Of a stretch of DNA of 64,000 bases, positions 26,816-41,489 are shown piece after piece (within the stretch, counting starts at the first letter, position 1; each line of letters opens with the position of its first letter). Source of the stretch: Felis catus. Lineage: Eukaryota. The stretch is taken from positions 48,858,001-48,922,000 of the forward strand of contig NC_058382.1 of the NCBI RefSeq assembly GCF_018350175.1, read 5' to 3'. The position numbers and the translations under genes are program-made. A model generated the notes under the pieces. That model was not told where the DNA came from. It ran no database searches and saw nothing but the letters and a program-made list of their open reading frames with translations.

Positions 26816-27296
26816 AGTGACGTATCTTAATACTCCTGGTCACTTTCACGTTTGCAATGTCCACCGGGGACAGAAAATCACACGCACGTCCACCACGCAG
26901 GGCAGAGGCACTTAGAAATTCCTGATGTGCCCAAGATAGAAGGCACAGCGTTAATATAAATTCATCATTCTCTTTGGGCTAAACATCATCACTATCCCCT
27001 AAAAATGAGAATACTGAGTAGGATGTGATTGCACAGAAATGAGAGAATGCAGAAACCTGCATCATTCTCCTGGGGCCCCGATCATAGGACCCAGCTTTGG
27101 GGGAAAAACCATTCAATGGTACCAGATTGCCAGTGATGAGTCAATTATCACCAGGGGGCTAGTGGAGTGTCTGGGAAGTTCACCACCTATGGCAAACCAT
27201 GTCCACATGTGTAATGGGCATCTTCCTGAGCACCTATCACCTGCAGCCCAGAGCAGGTAAGCCTGGTTATGGCTGGCCCCACCCCCATTCAAGGGC

Positions 27297-28236
27297 TGTA
27301 TCGTCAAGATTCCCCAGAGAAACAGAACCGATAGGATGTATACACAGAAAGAAAGAGATTTATCATAAGGAATTGGCCGACAAATCTCAAGATTGGCAGT
27401 CGGCAAACTGCAGACCCATGAGAGATAATGGCATAGTTCCAGTCCAAAGACCAACAAGTCTGAGACCTAGAAGAGTCAGTTTCAGTTCAAGTCTGAAGGC
27501 AGGAAGAAAGAAAACTGATGTCCCAGCTCAATGGCAGTCAGGTAGGAAGAGTTCCCTCTTACTCTTGGGAAGTAAATCTTTTTATTCTATTCAAGCCTTC
27601 AACTGATTGGATGAGGCCCACCCACATCCGCTTTACTGCATCAACCCCTTCAAATGTTGATCTCGTCCCAAAACACTCTTAATGGGGTACCTGGGTGGCT
27701 CAGTTGGTTAAGCGTCAGACTCTGGCTCAGGTCATGATCTCACGGTTTGTGAGGTCAAGCCCTGCGTCAGACTCTGGGCTGTCAGCTTGCTCAGAACCTG
27801 GAGCCTGTTCTGGATTCTGTCTCCCTTTCTCTCTGCCCCTCTGCCACTCACACTTTGTCTCTGTCTCTCTCAAAAATAAACAAACACTGGGGCGCCTAGG
27901 TGGCGCAGTCGGTTAAGCGTCCGACTTCAGCCAGGTCACGATCTCGCGGTCCGGGAGTTCGAGCCCCGCGTCAGGCTCTGGGCTGATGGCTCAGAGCCTG
28001 GAGCCTGTTTCCGATTCTGTGTCTCCCTCTCTCTCTGCCCCTCCCCTGTTCATGCTCTGTCTCTCTCTGTCCCCAAAATAAATAAAAACGTTGAAAAAAA
28101 ATTTTTTAAAAAATAAACAAACACTAAAAAATAAAAAGCAAAACAAAAACACTCTTAGAGACTCACCCAAAATAATATTTGGCCAAATCTCTGTGCACCC
28201 CATGGCCCTAAGTGAGACACAAACTTAACCATCACA
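27297..28236. mobile_element. MLT2-like (ERVL) LTR interrupted by two nested SINEs
   Basis: ccagagaaacagaaccgatagga...aaggaattggc...cccaaaataatatttggccaaat...aaacttaaccatcaca, typical of MLT2 LTRs. Confidence 0.65.
27684..28145 (+). mobile_element. Older Can-SINE with a young SINEC_Fc-type copy (27889-28108) in its tail
   Basis: Outer TSD aaaacactctta (27670-27681, 28146-28157); inner TSD aaaaataaacaaacact (27872-27888, 28109-28125). Confidence 0.88.
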
Positions 28237-28938
28237 GGGACCAAGCACCAGGAAACAGGGTGGAGGTCTTTGTTCCACATTCATCTCTCATAAAGACCCC
28301 GGGACAGGTTTCCTGGGGGACATGCCCTCTTACATTCCCCCGGGGGCTGTGAGAGCCTGATTCATGGAACTCGGGACAGATAGTTCATGAACAGAAGTCA
28401 TAATGAGTGACCGCAGATGACACAAGGGCAGGGGAGGTCAGCAGTCAGATGGGAAGGAAGCAGAAGACAGAAACAGACCAAGTGGATGGAAGGAAGGACT
28501 AGAATGAGGAAAAGGGAGAGAAGCAGAAGGGGGTGAACATCCTGGACAACTGGTCTCCAGGGTTCCCTGAGCCGACTCCCTGATGTGCCCACTCTGACCT
28601 CATCAAATGGGCGCAAAGTAGTTCACTTATTTTCATAGGGCTCCCAGGAAGGAAAGGGTCGCCGTGTCATCCCCAATGCTAGAATGTTGCAGCCAGCGGC
28701 CAGAAGTGATTGAACTTAACCATCTGCCAGATGGGGCTTCATCTTCACACCCAGCACCTCACCCAACCCTCACCGCAGCCTCGTAGGGTAGATGCTCTGA
28801 GTGCCCCGTCTCAGGGCCACCGTAACCGGGCTCAGGTGGACAGTGAGCTGAGAGGAGCGGTGGGATCTCAGTCCCCAGCCTGGCAACCGCTGCAGTGTTC
28901 CAACAAGTTAGAGGACTTACTTGAAGCCATCCAGTGGG

Positions 28939-29155
28939 GGGGGCGCCTGCGTGGCTCCGTCGCTCAAGTGTCTGACTCTTGATTTGGGCTCAGGCCATGA
29001 TCTCATGGGTTTGTGAGTTCGAGCCCCACATCGGACAGTGAGGAGCTTGCCTGGGATGCTGTCTCTCCCTCCCTCTCTCTCTCTCTCTCTGCCCCTCCCC
29101 TGCTTCCCCTGCTCTCGAAATAAATAAACTTAAAAAAAAAAAGAAAGAAAGAAAA
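28939..29155 (+). mobile_element. Can-SINE
   Basis: SINEC head, (CT)n, A tail. Confidence 0.8.
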
Positions 29156-30180
29156 TACCCAGTGGGATCGGCTGGAAGAGGAGGCTGGGTCTGTCAGCGC
29201 CTTCAGGCTGCACAGTCCTGGCGCCAGACTGCTCCATTACCGGCTCCACCCTGTGCAGAATCCAAAGCGGGGCGAGAACAGAGCACGGGCAGACAGAGCA
29301 ATGCTGCAGGCCTGAGTCCCGGACGTGCCAGGCGGCTTCTCACAGTGGACGTGAGTCATTCCTTCTACCCCTTCACATCTGAGCCCCCTTCCTGTGTTAC
29401 AGGTATCCCCTAGCTTTGAGACATAAACTGCCTCCCATGAAAGAGGCTGAAAATGTCCCTTTCCGCCTCCCTCTCCCGGCCTTCGTTGCCCTTAGGGCCT
29501 GGGCACGTAACGTGGCTCCTCTCCTCAGACCCACAGGCTTGACTTTGAAGGAGAGCTGCCAGCGTGAAGAAGTCCCTCTCAGCAATTGACGGTGGCAGTG
29601 GCCGCAGTTACATCCAGCTTTCAAGGGCGGTGCACCTCCGCCCCACGTTGGAGGCACTGGCTGTGGCGTCTGCGCCCGGCACAGGCAGCGAGGTGTTTTC
29701 CCGACCTGATGCTCTGACCTCTCCAAGAGCTCCTGGGAACTAAGCAGTAGCTTCGGCAAATTCCTTTTCTGCTTCGAGTCGCCAGAGTCGGTTTCTGTTG
29801 CTTAAAACAAGAACCTTGATTGACACAAAATAGGATTAGGTGTGGAAGGGGCTAAAAGCCCAGGGGGAAACGGGGGTGCTTTAAAGCTGGAATGTGGCCA
29901 GAGGACAGTGAAAATCCAGCTAGTATTAAGGGACAGGATACCAGGAGTGCATGGGATGCCATGGTGAGATAGTTAATCCTGCGGTCCCCCAGAACAAAGT
30001 GGCCCTCAAAGGCAGGGCTTTGGGGATCTGGCGGCTCCAGACATAGAAGGGTATAAAGATTACCCTGAGGTCAAGGGCTGTTGGCCAGAGGGCTGTGCTA
30101 ATGGCACCACACAGCTTAAAGGAAAGGACAATCTCAGAATCCAAAATCTCTGCTCAAGTCATGGTTAGAAAACCAGGGCA

Positions 30181-30202
30181 TTTTTTTTAATGTATATTTA
30201 TT

Positions 30203-30246
<44 letters not shown>

Positions 30247-30426
30247 CAGAGAGAGATCATGCTTGTGAGACCAGGGGAGGGACAGAGAGAGACGGCCACA
30301 GAGGATCTGAAGCTGGTTCTGTGCTGACAGCAGAGAGCCCAACGCAGGGCTCGAGCCCACGAACTGCGAGATCATGGCCTGAGCCAAAGTTAGAGGCCTA
30401 ACTGGCTGAGCCACCCAGGCGCCCCC
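30181..30426 (-). mobile_element. Can-SINE with long (GA)n
   Basis: Reverse SINEC structure. Confidence 0.85.
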
Positions 30427-31811
30427 AAGAGCAGGAATTTTTATATCTTGCAGTTACAAGGATGAGAGAGTAAAATAAACCAATGTTCCAGCTTGATCAG
30501 TGGCTATAGAACGCCATCAGGTGGCCTCATACCCTTCCTTGCTAGGTCTCTAGCTGGGAGAGAATGGAGAATGGAGGGCAAGGCCATCAGAACGGGGCTC
30601 TTGGGGAAGGTGGAAGACTTAGGTACCTTCCACGCCCAGGGAACCTCCCTTGCCAGCAGAAGCTACCTCTTGGTCCTACTGAACACGCTAGAGGCACACA
30701 CTTGCTGGCTATTTGCCAAGCCCATACCCCTCCCTGGGTACACATCTGGGTGGAGTTTCCTGGCCTCCCTTGCAGTTAGTGTGCTACGTGCTACGTGACC
30801 AGTGCACACGTGCAACCGTGGCCAGCAGCTGGCACTTCCCGAAATAATACCCCCCCTTAGGACCTTGCCATGAACGAGTCCCCTTGCGTGCCCTACCCCA
30901 CCACCCCTCACTTTCTCCAGACTGAAACACCAAGTCAGACCCCTGCAGATCCCAGGGGGCCGATGACTTCAAATCTAGAAGGAGGATATGGAATCACCAA
31001 AAGAACCCAGAGATTTTGCTAATTTATATCGGCAGAAACCTGGCACAGTGATCAGGAACGGATTCTGAGGGTGGAGGGCTGGGGGAGGGAGCAAACAACA
31101 TGAGACAGGGTCGAACATACTGATACTAAGCGGGGCTCGTCTGAGTAGCTGGGACGGTTCTAATTGTTTGCCCTGGTGGTTGCCTGAAACCCGGCCTTAA
31201 TCGTGGCCAAATGACATTAGCTGAGGGCGAAGAAGAAAAATGAGCCCCTGACTTTCTGAGTTGACTAACGACCAGGCACAGTTTCAAGCAACTTGTTTCA
31301 CAGATTTACTTAGTTAACAAGCGAGGTTCGATGGTGTACTGTTGATGAAGGAATCGAAAAAATTTGGGGCACGAGCTCAGCTGAGCTGACATTCATCCCT
31401 GTTTGCTGACCTCAGGCTCTGTCGCCAACACCTTAATGTACCAAGTCAGTTTATTATCCTCACTTTACAGAAGAACAGAAGGCAGAGAGATGTTTTGGGG
31501 GTGACCAAGTGTCCCGGATCGCCTGGGAATGAGAGGTTTCCAGGCACATGGGGCTTGCAGTGCTGACACCCAGACCGTTCCAGGCAGACCGGGGTGACGG
31601 GTCTCGCGCAAAGTAACGCAGTAAGTGACAGAGCCTGCCCTGAAATCCAGGTGGCCTGACTTTAGGCTCAAACTCTCCACCTCCACCCCGTGGTTCTGGC
31701 ACCAGAGCCTGCGTCTGAAGTAGCCAGGGATCTTGTTAAAACCCAAGCCCTGGCCTCACCTTCCCCATTCAGTTGGCTGGAGGTGGTGGAGGTGGCTGAG
31801 AATTTTCTCTT

Positions 31812-32022
31812 CTTTTTAAAATTTATTTATTTATAAGAGAAAGAGAGAGAGAGCATACGAGCACGAGTGGGGGAGGGGCAGAGAGGGAAAGAGAGAGAAT
31901 CCCAAGCAGGCTCCACCAGCGCAGGGCCGGACACGGGGCTCAAGCGCACGAACTTGTGAGATCATGACCTGAGCCAAAACCAAGAGCCAGGCGCTTCACC
32001 GACTGAGCCACCTGGGAGCCCC
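31812..32022 (-). mobile_element. Can-SINE inside a MER5-like relic
   Basis: Reverse SINEC flanked by gagaattt repeat. Confidence 0.75.
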
Positions 32023-32517
32023 GAGAATTTGCTTTTCTACCACGTCCCCAGCTGACGCCAGTGCCGCTGGTCTGCAGCCTGACTTGGAGAAGCTCCGTGT
32101 TGTGCTGCCCTGCCTCCAGACGAGAAGCTTGGAATGGACTTTTCAGGTAGGACCTGCCCACTGCCACCTCCACTCGCAAACTCCTGGATGGCCCCTTTGC
32201 CACAGCACTGAGAAATACACGGCCGGGGCACAAGCCTTCGTGCCGGGAATGCTGACCGGCGAGGCCGCAGCAGAATGGGAATTTGGTGTCTGGGCTCAGG
32301 AGGGCACGGGATTGCCAGCATTAGTTGTCAGCGCAGAGGTGGGGTTGCCACACGGGTGGCTCCAGCGTCGCTGCCAGAGTTTACCCTCTGCAGTTCCTGC
32401 CAGCACTGGCCTGGGTGTCTACCTGGCCTGACTTTCAGCCGAATCTGGGGCACTATTTCTGGCTGCGTAAGCCCCCGGGCTGGCTCTCTGACTCTCCCTG
32501 GGATCCTGTGATCAGGA

Positions 32518-33670
32518 TTTTTGTTGTTAATTGAGGTGAAATTCACATAGCAGGAAAGTAACCAGTTTGGTGGCATTTGTGAGACCACCACCTCTAAGTT
32601 TTCAAAACAAAACCCAGACCCATCGAGCAGTTACTCCCCATTCTCCTGCCACCCCTGGCCACCACCAACATGCGTTTTATTTCTGTGGATTTACCTATTC
32701 TGAATATTTCGTATGAATGGAACCATGATATGTGACCTTTTGTGGCTACTTTATTTCACTGAAAATGTTTTCAAGGTTCATCCACCTCAGCACGTATCTG
32801 TACTTGATTCCTTTTTGTTCTTTGAGAGAGAGACAGAGACAGAGAACGTGTCACGCAAGCACGGGGAGGGGCAGAGGGGAGAAAGAATCCTGTGGGATCA
32901 TGCCCCGAGCCGAAATCAAGAGTCGGACACTTCATTGGCTGAGCCACCCAGGCGCCCCAGTACTTCGTTCCTTTTAATGGCTGAATAATATTCTTTGGCA
33001 CGTACACACCAAGATTTGTTTATCCACTCGTCCGTTGATGGGCGTTTGGGTTGTTGCGAATAATGCTGCTGGGAACTTTGTGCATATAAGGACTTGTTGG
33101 TGCATAAGGACTTGTTGGTGCATAAGGATTTGTTGGAGTACTTGTGTTCAGTTCTCTCAGGTACATACCTAGCAGTGGGGTTGCTGGGGCATGTAGTAGC
33201 TGTGCTTACCTTTTTGAGGACTCCCCAAACTGTTTCCAGGATTTTATGTTCCCACCAGCAGTGTATGAGGGTTTCAGTTGGTCCAAGACCTCATCAACGT
33301 TTGTTATCATCTGTTTCTTTTTTTAATGTTTTTATTTTTGAAGGAGAGAGCATGAGTGGGGGAGGAGCAGAGAGAGAGGGAGACCTAGAATTTGAAGCAG
33401 GCTCCGGGCTCTAAGCTATCAGCACAGAGCCAGATGTGGGGCTCAAACTCACGAACTGTGAGATCATGACCTAAGCCGAAGTCGGATGCTTAACCGACTG
33501 AGCCACCCCGGTTATCATCTGTTTCTTTGATAACAACTATCGTAATGGGTGTGAAGTGGTATCTCAGTGTGGTTTTGCTGTGAATTTCCTAATGACTAGT
33601 GATGTTGTGTTTGTTGGTCACTTGTATAGCTCCTCTGGGGAACTGTCTATTCATGTTCTTTGCCTGTTTG
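32518..33670 (-). mobile_element. Old L1 3' fragment interrupted by SINEs
   Basis: Reverse L1 3' motifs (tttatccactcgtccgttgatggg, cccaccagcagtgtatgagggtt, gtggtatctcagtgtggttttg). Confidence 0.7.
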
Positions 33671-33684
33671 TAAATCATTGTCTT

Positions 33685-33718
33685 AAAAAAAAAAAACTTT
33701 TTTTCATGTTTATTTATT

Positions 33719-33765
<47 letters not shown>

Positions 33766-34157
33766 AGGGGAGGGGCAGAGAGGGAGACACAGAATCCGAA
33801 GCAGCCTCCAGGCTCTGAGCTGGCAGCACAGGGACCCACATGGGGCTCGAACCCACAAGCCGTGAGATCATGAGCTGAGCCGAAGTTGGACGCTCAACCG
33901 GCTGAGCCACCCAGGCACCCCAATCAGTCTTTTTTTTTTTTAATTTTTTTTTTTCAACGTTTATTTATTTTTGGGACAGAGAGAGACAGAGCATGAACGG
34001 GGGAGGGGCAGAGAGAGAGGGAGACACAGAATCGGAAACAGGCTCCAGGCTCTGAGCCATCAGCCCAGAGCCTGACGCGGGGCTCGAACTCCTGGACCGC
34101 GAGATCGTGACCTGGCCGAAGCCAGACGCTTAACCGACTGCGCCACCCAGGCGCCCC
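33685..34157 (-). mobile_element. Two tandem Can-SINEs, the second a young SINEC_Fc type
   Basis: Reverse SINEC heads ending near 33921 and 34157; aatcattgtctt-like target repeats at all three junctions. Confidence 0.88.
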
Positions 34158-34802
34158 AATCATTGTCTTTTTGATGAGTTCCTTTTCTGCCGTGATTAAG
34201 TCACAACTGTTTCTATGTTTCTACTGCTTACAACCACAATAGAAACTGTGGCTGCTACACTTCTCTCCGTTCATGACCCCGGGCCACACTCCCACCTCCA
34301 ACCAGCAAAGCAACTTAATGTTCACACATAACAGCATGCAACTGGGTAGGGGTGCATTCTGGACGCTAATGATGGCACCTGCCAGTCTTCACCTGCCCCC
34401 ACGGCCGCTCTCACCACTGAAGGGAGAGGAGGGCAACGGGGCCATAACCCGCCCCAGTTCCGATAATCACAAAGAAAGCGGGAACATGTAGGGGCGGGCA
34501 CGGTGAATACAGGGAGAGGGTGTGGGCAGAAGCGCAAAGCCGACAGAGGCAGCGGTGAGAGGGAGCTGGAACAGGAAGTCAGGGATGCAAACAGGGCTTC
34601 CAAATCTGTGCATCATTCAGGGGCTAACACCAGAAAACTTCCAGAGGGTGGTCTGGGTCATATGGGTGAGCAGGGAAGGGACTGGGGTCGGGGGTGGGCA
34701 ACCAGCAGGAAAGCCTCAGGCACCCTCTGGTATTCCCAGGATCATCCTGACTCGGCTAGATTCCCCTTCAAAACAAGCAGGCACAAGTGATTCATAACTT
34801 AG

Positions 34803-34808
34803 TTTAAT
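34803..34808 (-). terminator. CLEC18A: Candidate CLEC18 polyA signal
   Basis: ATTAAA on the minus strand about 315 nt after the stop. Confidence 0.6.
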
Positions 34809-35121
34809 CCTTTGTGGGGTGCACCCTGGGCAGTGAGGACCCCCATCTGCCCCACAGGGTCCGGCACACACGGAGGAGAGTGGTCTCTTCTGACTGCCGG
34901 CCCTGGGCGCCTGACACCCATCTTCCCAATGAAAGCAGGCTGAGGGGCCCCAGCCCTCTCTGGGTCTGACTTGTGCCCCCTGCCTCACTTCCCACAGGGT
35001 CTGCGACCGCTGTGGATGTTGGGCTTGCAGCCCTGGCTTGGCCCTTGTTCCAGGCAGGTGTGCAGATGGGCACGCAGGGCTGTGCCTCGGGAGGCTGGCA
35101 AGGGAGAGGCCTGGCTGAGTC

Positions 35122-35159
35122 TCAGGGTCCCACGGCCCACCGGGACATGTGCTCCTCCG
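35122..35159 (-). CDS. CLEC18A: CLEC18 exon 12 (terminal)
   Basis: ttcctttccag|CG GAG GAG CAC ATG TCC CGG TGG...TGA = AEEHMSRWAVGP* (human AQEHISRWGPGS*). Confidence 0.9.
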
Positions 35160-35594
35160 CTGGAAAGGAAGCCGAACCGAGCGAGGGTCAGTGGCAGCCC
35201 AGGCAGTCCTCGGATGGGGACCTTCCTATAGCTGGCCCTGAAATGGCTATCGTGCCCAGATGGAGCTCCAGACCTTTCCAGCAGGTGTTGCTGGGGGCCG
35301 GTTCTGGGCCAGGTTTCACCCCTGTTTCCCACTGTCGTTCCCTGGGCCCTAGGGAATCAGGAACACCAGTGAAACCAACAGGTCCCCAAGCAGTAGCTTT
35401 AGTGACAGGAGGAAAGGGACCTTGGAGAGATCCCTGGCCAGGCTGTATTCCAGTCCTGCTGCTGCGCAGACAAGCTAAACCGGGCGCTTCTTCCTCTCTG
35501 GGCCTCAGGGGCCCGCAGGTACGACAATGCCCCGAGCGGGACATCCCCGGCGGCCCTGCACGCTCAGACTCTCTCTGGGCCTGTGACCTGGCTA

Positions 35595-35825
<231 letters not shown>

Positions 35826-35840
35826 TTAAATCTTCCTCCA

Positions 35841-36065
35841 GGGGCGCCTGGGTGGCTCAGTTAAGTGTCCGATTCTTGGTTTCAGCTCAGGTCATGGTCT
35901 CATGGATCGTGGGATCGAACCCCGTGTCGGGCTCCTCACTGACCGTGCAGAGCCTGCTTGGGATTCTCTCTCTCTCCCTCTCTCTCTGCCCCTCCCCTGT
36001 CCTGCTCATGAGCATGCGCTCGCTCTCTCCTCTCTCAGAATAAATAAATAAACGTTAAAAAAAAA
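35841..36065 (+). mobile_element. Can-SINE in CLEC18 intron 10
   Basis: Full SINEC; aaatcttcc.tcca TSD. Confidence 0.85.
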
Positions 36066-36707
36066 TCTTCCACTCCAGCAGGCCACCTGCGTCTAAGAAG
36101 CCTAGGTGCCTCCAGCCCACATAAGGGGCTTCTGGGAGCCAGACCCATCCCCAGGCTCCCATGTCTGCCACTCAGGCCTCTGTAGCTCTTCTCAGGGAAG
36201 CTGGGAGGTCTCGGCAAACCCCCTACCTGGGCAGCAACTCCCCCTGCCCAGTGCCAGCACTCAGCCATGCCAGCCGGTGGGGGTGAAGGTAGGACCTGGA
36301 ACAGTCAGGCCCATGTCCTTCCTCCCAGCAGGGAGAGGGTGTGCCTGAGAACCCAACCGGAACAGTGTCCTCTAGGTGACAGAGCAGGGGCATGGGCCCG
36401 GCTGCCATCAATGAGGTCGAAGGACGTGGGCCAGATTTTTGGAGCCCTTAGTCCACACAGCCTGACTTCCTCTACCCTGCCCCCACTTGCCCTGGGCATT
36501 CCTGGGCTCTGATGACCGGGGCAGGGCCGCCTAACCAGAAGGCCCTCCGTATAGGCTGGCTGGGGGATGGGCGTGTGCAGGACTGGATGCAGGTGAGTGG
36601 ATTGCTAAAGACCCCAGAATCAGGGTGTTGATGTAGGCAGAGGAGCGTGGTGGTGGGGGACAGGTGGAGATAATGGAGGGCTGGGAGGACAGCTGAGGGA
36701 ACAGTGG

Positions 36708-36741
36708 GGATGGATGGATGGATGGATGGATGGATGGATGG
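36708..36741 (+). repeat. (GGAT)n microsatellite
   Basis: About 8 tandem GGAT units. Confidence 0.9.
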
Positions 36742-36962
36742 AGCCTTCTAGAGCTCCCTCTCCTTTATGTAAGCCCCAAGACGCTGGGCTGTGGCTCACA
36801 TCAGCTGTACCCAGACTTCCTGGGCCCCGGGTAAGGCCCAGGCCCTCACAGGGCTCAGCCAGGCAGCAAGCCGGGTGGAGGTTATTCAGTGGCATCTGAG
36901 GGCTCAGCAAGCGGTCCCGCGTGAGAGAGGGAGCCCAGAGGAGGGAGGGCACTCCAGACTCA

Positions 36963-37169
<207 letters not shown>

Positions 37170-37290
37170 TTAATCACCTTCCCAGCTCTTTTGGCCCCCA
37201 GGGCCTCTCCCCCTCCCTCTTGTCAGTGCTCCCCACAGGGAAGGAGGTCGCCAGCCCGGTTCCGGGTCCTCGGCCCTCATCACACCCTTA

Positions 37291-37524
<234 letters not shown>

Positions 37525-38046
37525 TCAGGCCGGCCCTTCCTATCCATCCCGACACCCCGAAGTGGCCAGGGACATCCTCTCCCCCGCCCCACAGCCTCCT
37601 GCTTCTTAGAGTAGGGGTCCCCCTTCCTCTCCCCTGCCTGCATCTCCTCTCTCTGTGCACAGGGGCCCAGACTGGCAGGGCCCTGACCTCGGGAAGGTTT
37701 TGTTTCATCTGTTCAGTGTCTTTAATACGTTTGAATGGGTTGCCGACATTAATAAATCTAGCGATGCCCATGAAAATCTGAATTGCTGGTGCTCTTGAAA
37801 AATCCCAAGCTCGGACCTCTGTGAACTCCTACACCTACGTGACAGCCAGTAGCTAGGACTGAATCAGGACAGCTCCTGAGGTGGGGGTTGGGCAAGGGCT
37901 CACCCCTGGGTCCCTCAGCTCATTAGGTGACCTCCTGGCTCCCATGGGCCTCTGAGTAACCCCGCTTTACACTAATGACCAGAGTCAGGTCAGAAGAAGT
38001 CAAAGGAGCCACTTCTCAGTCCCAGCTCCCTCCACTGAGACCCTTA

Positions 38047-38837
<791 letters not shown>

Positions 38838-39103
38838 CTACACTTGGTTTGATCTCCATTGTAGAGAGAAGCAAATTGGGGTTAGGGAGGGGGACCTGCC
38901 CATGGTCACCGAGCTGGGAGGGGGACACTGGGAGGAGAGTCTACTTCTAGATCCTGATAATGTCCTCCTGCTACCATCCACGGCCTAAGGGCCAGATCGG
39001 AATCTACTCTGAATCTCCTACAAAGCTCAGGGTCTGGCCGGTGGTGCTCAGGCTGTTTGTTGAATGACTATATGCAGTGTCCGGGGCAGCAAGTACCTGG
39101 TCA

Positions 39104-39385
<282 letters not shown>

Positions 39386-39481
39386 TCAGGCGAGGTTGGA
39401 GCTCTGAGAGGGAACCTCCTTCAGGCAGCCCAGCCAGGTGCCTCCCGGGTGCTAAGGGCCACGGCTTGGAGGACAGTCCTA

Positions 39482-39841
<360 letters not shown>

Positions 39842-40080
39842 CTAAGGCTAATGCTCCATACTTCAACCGGGCACAGCGGAACAGTGCCTCCAAAGTCGGG
39901 CATCTGGGAAGCCACATTCTGCCTGGCCGGGCTCGTGAGTGCTGCCCACTTCCATACCCTCTCCCTTTCCTTCTTTCTGTGAGGGTGCAGACCAGGGGCA
40001 AAGGTCTTGTGAGTGGGTGGGTGAGCGTTTTACCCTGGGAGGACGTACCCTCCACCCCACAACGCAGCGGGGGGCGCTTA

Positions 40081-40206
<126 letters not shown>

Positions 40207-40492
40207 TCATCACGGCCCCCCCCCCCCCCAGTCTTCTGAGGGCCAACGGCACTGACGATGCCTGTCTGGGGAGGGGAGACGCAGCCTCTGCCCCAAACCA
40301 GACAGAAAGACAACTCCATCACCTCCCGGGGCCTCAGCAGTGGCAGCTGGGCTGGGCAGGGCTATGAGGACAGGTGGGAATAGCCTAGGAAGGCTGTCTG
40401 GGTGGGGGGAGTGGAGGGGTTTCAGTCAGCAGATACCTGAAGAAAGGAGAGAATCGTGGATGGGTGGAAGTGGCAAAAGAAAGTCTTGGACA

Positions 40493-40697
40493 GGGCTTCT
40501 GGGTGACTCAGTCGTTAGGGGTCCAACTCGATCTTGGCTCAGGTCACGATCTCATGGGTATGCGAGACGGGGTCCCGCATGGGATGTGGGCTGACAGCAG
40601 CACAAAGCCTACTTAGGATTCTCTCTCTCCCCCTCTCTCTGTCCCTCCTCCACTTGCACTCTGTCTCTCTCTCTCTCAAAAAAAAAAAAAAAAAAAA
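40493..40697 (+). mobile_element. Can-SINE
   Basis: SINEC with aaagtcttggaca TSD. Confidence 0.82.
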
Positions 40698-41489
40698 GTC
40701 TTGGACATCAAAGGTCTTGTGACCGATTGCACAGATGGCTACAACCCTTCACTCCTTCCTACAGCCCACGCTTAAATGTGCTCTTTTGCATCATGAGGAG
40801 GACCCTCTTTTCCAGCTTGACTCTGGCTGGCCCTGTGGCTTGCGTGGGCCAACGGAATGCAGAAGAAGTGATTTTGAGCCAGTTTTGAACCTAGGCCTCA
40901 GGAGACCCCACAGGCAGAGGTGAGCCAGCTGAGGCCACTCTAGACAGCCAGCTCCCAGAAAATCAGCCAAGTGATTGCCCTTGCACGTGGGCCCCACCAA
41001 GGCCGGAAGAACTTCCCCGCTGGGCCCAGCTCAGATTGTCAACCTGCAGAATCACAGGATGCTAAACTTGTGGGTAGTGTATCATACGGCAAAAGCTGGT
41101 AGGTGTAGGTCTCGGATAGTACTCCAAACTTAGATTTAAAACCTTGAAATCAGCGATAACTTGGAAACAGCGCAGGAATAGTTCAACTCCTGCAGCACTT
41201 AAAATGACAATTGTGAACTAGGGAGACACAGACATGTAGTCATATGTATATGTGTGTACCCAATAATTAGAGAATGTACATTCTCTTTAGGGATGCTCGG
41301 AGCTTTTGCAAACGTTGACCCCCCCTCCCTAAACCACAAAGCAAGATTCAACAAAGACCAAAGGAACAATAGCCTATGGGCTGCATTCTATAAATACAAT
41401 GCAATAAAATACCGAGTAAATAGCTTAGAAGTAAGGGAAAGGAGAAAACAAAATTTAAGCATACACTTCGAAATCAAAGATATCATGAT

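Noticed and set aside
33080..33137. Three near-identical 18-bp units (gtgcataaggacttgttg)
   Set aside because: A simple local tandem duplication inside an old L1 with no spacers; not CRISPR-like.
34799..34976. Minus-strand frame in the CLEC18 3' UTR reading KSDP...AFIG...HKG, reminiscent of the hnRNP C RRM (KTDP...VFIG...HKG)
   Set aside because: Motif spacing is off by 2 and 9 codons, intervening residues are not RRM-like, the frame is bounded by stops and has no suitable donor; probably chance. A profile-HMM or nucleotide alignment would settle it.
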